NCBI GenBank assembly: GCA_016839945.1
Contig: JAEOTE010000007.1
Coordinates: forward strand, 115,799 to 179,798
Reading direction: 5' to 3'
DNA from: Candidatus Heimdallarchaeota archaeon
GTDB taxonomy: Archaea; Asgardarchaeota; Heimdallarchaeia; Heimdallarchaeales; Heimdallarchaeaceae
DNA: 64,000 bases
Part shown: positions 1 to 10,140 of the stretch, in pieces
Position numbering within the stretch: position 1 is the first letter of the stretch
How the letters are laid out: each line of letters opens with the position of its first letter
Translations under genes and position numbers: made by a program
The notes under the pieces: model-generated
The model's input: only the letters and a program-made list of their open reading frames with translations
Told to the model about the DNA's origin: nothing
Databases searched by the model: none

Positions 1-3000
1 TTTGTGCAAAAATATCCCAAAGTGTATGAATATTGTTCTTATGAAGTTCAGCTACACTTTGTGGATTGTCACTAATTATATCACTTAGATAATAAAATGG
101 TAAATCTAGATTTCGTTTTATCCTTGAAACCTGAATACTATTCAACTTTGAGGTTTTCACAATCAGTTCTTCGGAAACATTCAAATGTGCTATAGTTGTA
201 TATCCCGATTTGATTAACAGTTTTCTAATATTAGCATCAAATAATCCTATTTTCTTGACACTGTAACTCTTACTCTTCAATGTTTCATTGACTAACTGGC
301 TATTCATCTTATCTTGAAGAGACTTTACAATTGCTTGCTCTTGTTCAGTTAGACTTACGCTTATCGCTTTTCTTATATCTGGAATTGAAACAAAATCAAT
401 AACTTGGATTATACCTTCGTTATGGAATTTTTCCAAAAGTCTTGGTTGATTAATGAATATAAGCATTGGAGCTCTTAACTTCTCGATAATTTTCACAATT
501 TCAGAAGAATAGTCTTTAGGATCTTTGCTTTCAATATATTCAAGTAAAATTCCTATAGTTCGAATATCTTCTTTGCGTAGGAATGATAGTATTTCTTTGT
601 CCTTTATGAACGAACTAAGTCTCTTCTGTTCAGAAGACATCATCCTTTCCACTCTTGTAGAGGAAAGTTTAGGTAGAAGAGATGTACATGTTGTTTCATA
701 TTCTATTTCACTTAATGATTTACAGTAAATTAAGAAATCAAAAACAGTCTGAAGCTTCATCTTATTCATTAAGTCATAAATCTTCTTATTTTCTCTAACA
801 GGTGGAAGAGAAAAAAGATCAGTTTCTACCATGTTCTTTAATGAATCTGAGGTCTTCCAAACACTGCTTGTTTTTGATTTAGCTTGTTTATTGAATACAA
901 GCGCTTCTTCAACTGATAGGATAAAACCTTTCTTAAGGATGGAAATATTGCTTCCTGAAAGTAAATCTTTAGGTATGCTTGTTAGGCTTCCTTCCAACTC
1001 CTTCAAAGTAATTAATGAGATATTCCTTAGATTTCTTAGGAAAACTGGATCAGGGATTTGGCTCTTAATCTTATTATAATCCTCTAACAATAATTCGTCT
1101 ATACTCCTATAGGGAAGTTTTGAGATGATATCAACTTTCAACCTGTTTGGTTGAAGTAGGATTATTGTTCTTTTTAGATGATATGAGAGTTCATTATACT
1201 TCTTGCTTATCTTAGAATGAAGCTTTGAAATTGTTTTATTATAGAGTTCTTTTTCATGTTTTTGCAATAACAAAAGGTATTCTATTGAGGAATCTGACAT
1301 ATCAAGTTTTTGATCTTTTGATTCAAGATTTAATACTTGCATCAGAGTTATACCTTTATTGAAAATAGAATTAATGGCATTTTGAATATCTTCTCTTTGT
1401 TTTTTGGTTACACTTATCTTATTGAGATTCATTGATAAATATGCTAAATCTAGTAGATTGAGAGAATATTCAGTTTTTGATACTAAATCCTTAAGCACTA
1501 ACTTTTCAAATACTTTTATTTTATCAAGTAAATAATTAGGAATCTTATCTAATGATACTTCTTCATCAAAAAGATCGGAGTAATACTTGATACTTCTCTG
1601 ATTTAGAATCGCTATATCCTTTGCAGAGAATATCTTACTTTCTTTTATCACTGGATGGCTTCCAAAATTACTGCTTGTTAAAGAGTATCTTATTTTTTCA
1701 ACTTCTGCTTGTTTTAATAAGAGAATTGAAGCAAGTTCTTTGTTAGTTAATAGATAAAATTCTTCTAAATTCTTAACATAGTTCTGTATGTTTTTCCAAC
1801 TCTTAATTGTAACATCAGGAAGGAGTAAAAGCTCAATGGGTAGTTTTAGAATTCTCTTTATTTTGTTTGCCAGAGATTTGGAAAATGTGAACGTTTCTTT
1901 GTTTAAAGCAAAAATCAAATCATCCATTGTTGAATAATGTTTCTGAATTTCTTTCTTTGTTTCAGAATCGAAAATTTTCACTCTGCTTAACTGTACTTTC
2001 TTCTTAACATCTGTTTCAATTTTCTTGTAAGTTAGTGAAGAGGTAATTTCTAGGATTTTATCTTTCAATTTAGCAGGGGACAATATCATCCAAGAAGAGA
2101 TGGGTTTTATTATGAGATCTCCTATAGTGTAAATACTCTTATCTTCTAAAATCTGTAGATCTGCCTTTGTTAGAACAGCGAGTGAGGAAATGGGTTTGGA
2201 GAATGTTTGTTCAATTTTGAGACCCAAATCCGATAGTGAATCCTCTTTTTGATATAGTGTTGTTATTAAATCCAATATACTCTTAATTTTTGTTGTTTTT
2301 GTTTTCTTTGTGAACAATTCTTTAACATCGCTTTCCTCTATGTATTGATCTTTGGATATATAATTAGCTATTATACCTTCTTTTGATGCTAAGTAGTCTC
2401 CTAAGAATCCAACAATATTTGCTTTTTCTGTAGCATCACTTGTTTTCATTAAATCTCGAAAAGTTACTATTCCAGAATCTAAATAGTTGCTTTTTATTTC
2501 ATTTAGATTCTTTTGATTGATTTTTGGATAATAAAGGACAGAAGTGTTATAGACTTCTTCTGCTTTATTTTGAATTTGTTTAATCTTTTTCTCTGAAACT
2601 AACCAGTCGTAAATTGTGTTATTCATTAAATCCTCGAGATTGTAAATTCCTATAGATTTCAGATAATTTCTGTCTTGAGCTGATAGGAAGAAAATTTCTT
2701 TCAAGTTTTGTTCTGCAACGGAATCTATTCGTTGAACAATCGAATCTACTTTGAAATTCTTAATAGTATTTTGAATAGTTGTGACTTTTACTTTTGAAGT
2801 AGTTGCAATAACTTTAGGAGATAGATAGAAGATATCTGCAATAATATTAACACCTGCAGATTTCATTTTCTCTAAATCTTTAGGATCAAAATCTAGAAAG
2901 CGTAGATTCGCCAATAAATATGGAGTAATTTTCTTGAAAATGACTTCATCATCTTTGAATGTAGGTGATGTCAATATTGATTTGTATGAAGAATATCCTT

Positions 3001-6000
3001 TGTTTGATAAATCAACTTCTAATTCGGATAATGGTTCTTTAAATCCCTCTTCTTTTATACCTTTTATTAACGAGAGAGAGAGAATAATTTCATCTTGAAT
3101 ATTCTTTGGTAATTTATTAAGGAATATCAAATGCTCAATGATGGTTGTGAACCCTTTTTCATAACAATAATCTAGTGACTCTTTTGTTATTGAGGATAAA
3201 TAGCTGATATTATTGGATAATTGACTTCTGTAGTCATCAACTTCTTTTCCTTTTACTTTACTATTAGTTACGATATGACTAACAGGAACGAAGAAAAGAT
3301 GCTCAACTGTTGTTATACCTATTTGAAGGAGAGAAGTTGCTGTCTTCTTTGGTAATCCCAACATTTCAATTGAGATACCAAACTTATCAATTTTCTTCAG
3401 GTTTTTAACAAGATAATCTGGTTCTTCTTTCTGTTTTGTAATAAGCTTACTAAAACTTGCTGGCCAATTCTTCTGAGGTATAGCTAACAAATCGTTATAT
3501 GTTGTTATATTACTATTTAACAAGTCTTTAATTTCTGTATCTTTCAGCTTTAATGATTTTCCAATTAACGTTATTGGGGTTAATAAAATAGAGATGAGTT
3601 TTACAAGATTTTTCTTTTCCTCAATAGGTATTGGTATTAAATCAAGATTAAGCTCTGATGCTTGAACTAGAGATACACAACCATACTCGGAAAGAATGGT
3701 TTTGGTTTCCTTTGTTATTTCAGAGAATAGGCTTAAATCAAGACCTATTAATTTTACATTTTCTTCTAATGATTTAATATCAATAGTTGTTTTAATGGTC
3801 CTTATTTTTTCTTCTGCAACATTGATTAGTTTGGCTAAGAGTGGAGCTGGAATGAGAAGGAATTGGTAAAGGTTTCGAATGCCATTGTGTTTTAGTTTTT
3901 CTATTTGTTTGGAAGTTAGGTTACCTATATAGGATAATGGAATACTTTTTAGTGATAGAAGTAGAGGGCAAACTTCTGAGAGTAATTCTCTTTTTTCTAC
4001 AATCTTACTATCTAGTGATAAAAGCTCATCTAGATAGAGTATTTTTTCATCCTTTAATCTCTTAATAAGAGCTGAATCTGAAACAATCTTAATATCAGAG
4101 AGTTTGATCGCCCATTCTGGAGGGCTTATCTGTATAACTATACTATTAAGAACCTCTACTATTTTAGAATGCAGATCATGATTTTCCTCTTTCTCTGATA
4201 AACATAATAATCCTGATACAATGTTGTTACAATCGCTTTGAGACAAAATATTCAATTGTGCAATGTTAAGCTCAACGTTAGAAATGAGCCATGAAATTGG
4301 CTTAAACATATTTGAAGTGATTATTCTGATTAATGATTTCTCGATATCTCCAAAATCAAAAACTGGGTGAGGTATGAAATCTACTAATAATAGAGCACTT
4401 GATAATCCATATTTCATAAATTGTTCTTCTGCTTTATTTGGAAAGGAGAGAGCATGATCAATATAGTATGAAAATGTTTCTGACATTCTTGTACTCAAAT
4501 TAAATTCTCTTTGGAATATTCTTATTTGCTTTGCTACAGCTTTTGGTATACCAATTATTGTGTTGACATTTGTTGAGAGAAGTTCAATAACATGTTTAAT
4601 ACCATTATTCCATAGAACTCCTTTAGAAGAAATATCAAAACCTGGTAATGCAAGAACATTCAAACACAGAAAGCTAACTAATTGTTCAATAAATGCTATG
4701 CTTGAGATTTTTTCTATTCTTTCAGATTCTGATAGTTGTAGCAGTGCATCTGGGATAAAACCAAATATATCTTCTACAGCTTTTTTTGTTGGATCGAATT
4801 CAAGAGATTTAAGCAAGTTGATTATAGGTTCGTTAAGGGTTAATGTTCTACCTTTTGAAAGTGTGAAAGTGCCTTTCCTAGCTGAACTTATGGTTTTTGG
4901 AATTGAACCATTCAAGGCTCGTTTCAAATCCTTATCTGAACAATTAAAGAGATCAATCAACCTCAGAATTCCTTCACTAGTTAAGTTTAGTTTCTCCTCT
5001 GAAGATAACTCTGAAATTCGGTAAATTGAGATGTGACACGCGTTTAGAAAATCTCTCATATAGTCCCCAGAGACACTCAATGTAGGATATGCTTGATAAT
5101 TTGAACTATACAAATCTTGAACATGTATTTTTCCAGATTTAAGTAGAGAATTAATTTTTCCCTTTGATAAAACAAAGAAGTTTACTAACTCGACACCTTT
5201 TCGTTTAACTTCTTTCATCAAATTAGAAGGAGTGATTTTGTCCAAGTATGTTTGCACTTTTTTCTCTGACATGTTTAGTAAAAGAGAGATTGTAGAAACA
5301 TCCTCTGTAATAAAGGAGAGGATATCACCTACACCTGAATATATAAGCTTCATTACATGATGATTATCTAAACCAATAAAAGCTACAGAAGAGCGATATA
5401 GTTGCACTTCTCTAAAGATATCTAATCGAACTAGAGCAGGACGAGATTCTCTTATTTCTTCCATTCTTGATATAAAGTCTTGTACGGAGTTGATACCTAT
5501 ATCTAGTAGTTTTTCGAGATAATCTTCCTCAATTGAAGGACAAACAGTAAGAGGTATAGCAGAACTAATTCTTCTTTCTGATAACTCATCGAATGATATG
5601 AGATCTAGTGCATGAAACTCTTTGTATATTGGATTTTGCGTAATTGTAAATAACTCATCTCTATTCAATAAAGCAAGATCTATAACGGAATTTATTTCAT
5701 GATACTCCAGACGTTTAATTTCATCATAAGATAGAAAGCCTATGAATCGGATTGAGCCAGATAAGAGTTCTTTTGCTTTCTTATATACGTCAACTTGAAG
5801 TATTTCAGAGATACCTAACAAAGATGCTGAATAGAAGAGAGTTTCAATATCTGTAATCCCTAAATCTTTTAGCTCATCTAGTTTTTTCTCTGGTATTAGT
5901 TCTGATGGTCTTATTAAGTGAGATTGTGATAAACGGAAGGACACAATATCGGTGTAGGTTAGACCTTCTTTTATTTCTCTTATTTGTTTCTGGGAAAAAC

Positions 6001-9000
6001 CAGAGATTTCTGAGAGTTGCTTTTCTGGAAGTGAGAAGAAATCAATCAATGTATTAATTGAAGATTTGCTCAACTTGAGAGTAAGTTCTCTTGGAAGCCC
6101 CATGGAAGCTATTGGGATTGCTAATTCCATTATTAGTTTATTAAGAGAGTCAGTCTCCATTAAACTTGAGAAGAAAGGCGAGAGGGCAGAATGTTCCTCC
6201 AGATTTATTTCAAATACATCACCAATTATGACGTTTTTGTATTCTTCTCTACGAGCTTTTCTGATCTTAGTGAAGAAGGGTGTGATTCTAAGAGGTAACT
6301 CTAAAATTGATCGAATTAATGTTAGATTATAATGATCTGTAAGGTATTGTTTGTCTTTACCAGTTAAGTCTTTTATAACTTTTGGATCAGTAATAACATC
6401 TGATAACGTTTTATTTTCTACTTCTTGAATAACCCTGTTGAAATATGATGAATTATATACAGATGCAGGTAGTTTAGCGAAGTAATGGAAAGCTTGCATT
6501 ACTATTATTTTTGAAGAATATGTAGAAACAACTCTGTAAAGCACTGGGTCTTTAAGATCTATATCAGGAATGAAAAGTAATTGGTAAACATAATGGATAT
6601 CATTTTGTTCTAAAACCTCTAATGAAAATTCTGAAATCTCTGTAAAAATCTTCAAAGGTAAGGTGAGGTATTTCTTAACAGCTGATATCTTTATCCACAA
6701 TTCTGGATTAGAGAAATAATACTGTTCTTCTATAGTATAGAATATTTCTTGAATTGTTTGGAATCTTTCAAAGTGGAATATTGAATCTTTACTCAATAAT
6801 CTTTGTTCAAGTTTATCAAACAATTGAGTTTCAAAAGCAAAAATACCCTTTTGTTCATACATTGCTTGAATGCTTGAGGATGTCAGAGAAGTTATTATAC
6901 TTTCAGCATCCTTTGGAGAGATTTTTATGAGTTTGCTTAGTTTTTGAGATGATGCAAGAATAAACTCAGATATTGTTTTTATTCCATTTTCTCTTAGAAT
7001 TTCTGTTTGACTAAATGAGAGCGATGGTAAGAAATAAACAGGTAGTGAGAAGTAGCCAAATATATCTGAAAAGTCTAAAGCACTTTTTATTGTTTCAAAT
7101 CTTTCATCTGGTATTCCTGTTTTTTCCATCAGAACTTCAGGAGAGGATAACATAAAACCAAGTAAAGTCCTTATTTTTGCTTTTTCTAATAGTTCTATGA
7201 TTTCAGGATCTAGCATATCAGAAATATGATCCAAAGATAGATTCAAGATAGCTTTAAAGGATTCAATAACATCCCATGGTAAAATTTCCTCATTCCACTT
7301 ATCTTTTGAAGTTGAGAAGTATAAATCCTCAATTGTCATTATGTTATTTTCATCCAACACTCTGACAATTCTAGGTTCTAATATTCCTAATTCAGAAAGG
7401 TCAATTCCAGTATCACTTATTCTAACATTCCTTTGAAGAAGTATAGCTTCTTCATTATCTACTCCTAAGAAAGAAGCAATATCTTCAGATTTACTTACTA
7501 GTAAATCAATAATTTTAGTGATTCCATTATTTCTCAAAATGTTGAGTTGTTGGGTTGTCAAGGTTCTAGTTTGGACCTCTTCTATTTCTTGTGTTTCTTC
7601 GGATTCTTCAACTTGAACAGTTTTCTTGATGATTTTCTCCCATGTTACTAGTGTTAAAGGAGACCTCAGTAGCTTTCTGAACTTATCAATGACATTCCAG
7701 TTAACTACTGCTGAAGAAAAAGTGAGAGGGTGGGCTAAGTAAAAAATCTTATCCACTGTATCATAGCCAGAAAGTATTAGTGATACAATTTCGTGTGAAG
7801 AAAATCTCTCTGATTCTTCGTATTCAAATGATATTAGAGAAGTATATTTATTTCCTGATTTTTCAAAGAAATGAGTACCTTTTTTCTCAATTGCGAAAAC
7901 ATCTATTAATTGCTGGGTTTCTTGAGTAGACCTTACTAAAGTAGCTGCTAACTCATCAATAGTATATTCAAATAATTGATGAATAGCTGTTATCCCTCTG
8001 TTCCTTAATTTATCAAAATCTTCAAGAGTTAACTTACTTATTCTAGAAATTGGTAAACCTAGAGTTTGAACGAATTCATCATATTCACTAATTAGTAAGA
8101 TTTCCTTACTAAATTGATCAGTTTCTGAAAATGTTCTATTCTTGATATTATTGTGAAGCTCAATAACAAGTTTTCTTTCTTTAGCAGTGTTTAACTCAGA
8201 TTCAATAATTTCTGGAATAAGATCTAAAAATTGTCTTACTGTTACAATATTTCTTAATTTCAAACGAAGAAGAGCTTCTGTAAGCAGAGATAAATCCTTG
8301 AATTTGTCTGGATATAGTTGAGTAAGTTCGATTATTTCCATATTCGCTAATTGATTTAAATGTCGAATATTTTCCCAAAAACCTGTATTCAATGTTGGTT
8401 TTTCAGTAGGGTAAACACTGTATAGATCTTGGATTGTTAGGTTATGTTTTTCTATGAATTGAACTAATCTTGGATATTGGTTACTAAGTAAACTCAAACT
8501 CTTTCCAAATTCTGTTCTATTCTTTTTTACTTCTTCTTCACTTATTGATTGTTTTAAATCCTTTACCCTTTCTTCTGATATGTTTAATACATCAGATAAA
8601 TCAGAATTAGACCAGATTGAGAACCTGCCAATACAGTTTATTCCTATTTCTTGCAATAAATATGATTGCCTTCTTAATGAAGGAAATGCAAAAGATATAG
8701 GAGTTAATAAAAGATTTGCAGTTTCTAGATATGTTCTTTTTGCTTCTCCTGTTAGATTGTAAGCTTCAGGAGGATTGTAAAAAATTTCCTCAATAGATAC
8801 TATTCCTGCAGTTTTTAGTGTTTCTTGATGTTTTATCCATTTGAATATTGGAGTTCCAAGACTCTTTTTTATTCTCTCAACATCTTTTTTTCTCAAACCT
8901 AACTTTCTTAATTGAGGTGATGGAAATGCTAAGAATGCAGTAGTTGTAAAAATTTGAAGATTAACTAATTGTTGCTCAATATCCTTTGGTATTACTTTAA

Positions 9001-10140
9001 CGTGAGACAAATCTTTATCTTTCTTTGACTCTCGAATGTGAGATATTAATTTGTGTTTTGATTCCTTGAGTAGTAGATCACCTATCAATTTGTAATCTCT
9101 TTTCAAAATTGATGCTGTGGGTAAAGAGATTAGGTTAGTAAGAGTCTTTATACCTTTTTGAGATAGAACCTTTATGGCTTCTGTTTCCTCTTCCCTAAGT
9201 ATTTCATCAGAAATTAACTCAAATTTAGATAGTTCAATAGATTCTGAGGATTTGACTAGAGTATCTAGAAAGGTATTGTACAAATTCCTCTCTAGTTCCT
9301 TTATTACAACAAGATCATCTAGTTTAGCATTAATTAAATCCTCAATTGTTTTTATTTTTCTTCTATGAAAAGCGTTCTTAGTATAAGCATCTGTCCAATC
9401 AGGTTTCATCTTAGTTACATTGGTCTTAGAAAATGTAGGAAACTTATCACATAGTTGAGAAAAAATATTTTGCAGGTAATTAACTAAAACAGCTGTTACT
9501 TCTGTTTGATAGTTTACTGAATATGGTAATTTTGTTTGGTAAAGAAATTCTTCAATGGTTGTATCTTGAGATATCAAACCTTTAGAATTATCTTTTAGAT
9601 ACTCAAAAGTTGGAAATAGTGTATCTATTTTTATGTCATCAACTTTGGTGAGTGAAGCCAGAAGTTGTTTTCTTTTTTCTGATTTAGCTTTACTTGTTTT
9701 ATCCTTGGTTAGTAAGTACTGATGAAGGAGCTGTTCTTTTTTATTTTCGAAAAGTTTCTCTAGTAATCCAGTAACTGTTTGTAGTTTGTTAAAATCTGTA
9801 GCGAAATAATGGTAACTGTTTTGTATCCATCTTCGATATAAAGCCTCTTTTAATGTGATTATAGTTTTTTCATTTTGAGTAAATCTTCTTTCTATAGTTC
9901 TACTTACAAAGAGTTTAGGATCAAAACTAGGGCTCATTCCCTCTCTATCAAGTTCAGATATCGTTCTAAGTTTGATATTGTAGATATCTTGTTTAGTAAG
10001 TTCTAACAGTTTTGCTATATTATCAGATGGTGTTATGAGAAAATCAGAAATAGATTCAATATTGTTTGTTCGAAGAACTGATTGAATTCTTGATGGACAC
10101 CATACATTAGCACCAAATAATCTTCTTCCCAAAGGCATGA
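1..10140 (-). repeat. Protein-level degenerate tandem repeat array (about 40 or more HhH/SAM-like units) in the Top6B C-terminal extension
   Basis: Recurring L-x-x-x-G-I-x-T-I-x-D/E-L/F core, e.g. LRTNNIESISDFL, LSQKGIKTLTNLI, LKTAGIVSIEEIF, LRNNGITKIIDLL, LRENGIKTISEFI, LKDLGITDIETLF, LKHNGIRNLYQFL, LLQIGITTVEHLF, LKSIGIYNLEDLM, LIKSGYTTIAHLN. No DNA-level repeat identity noticed. Confidence 0.85.
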
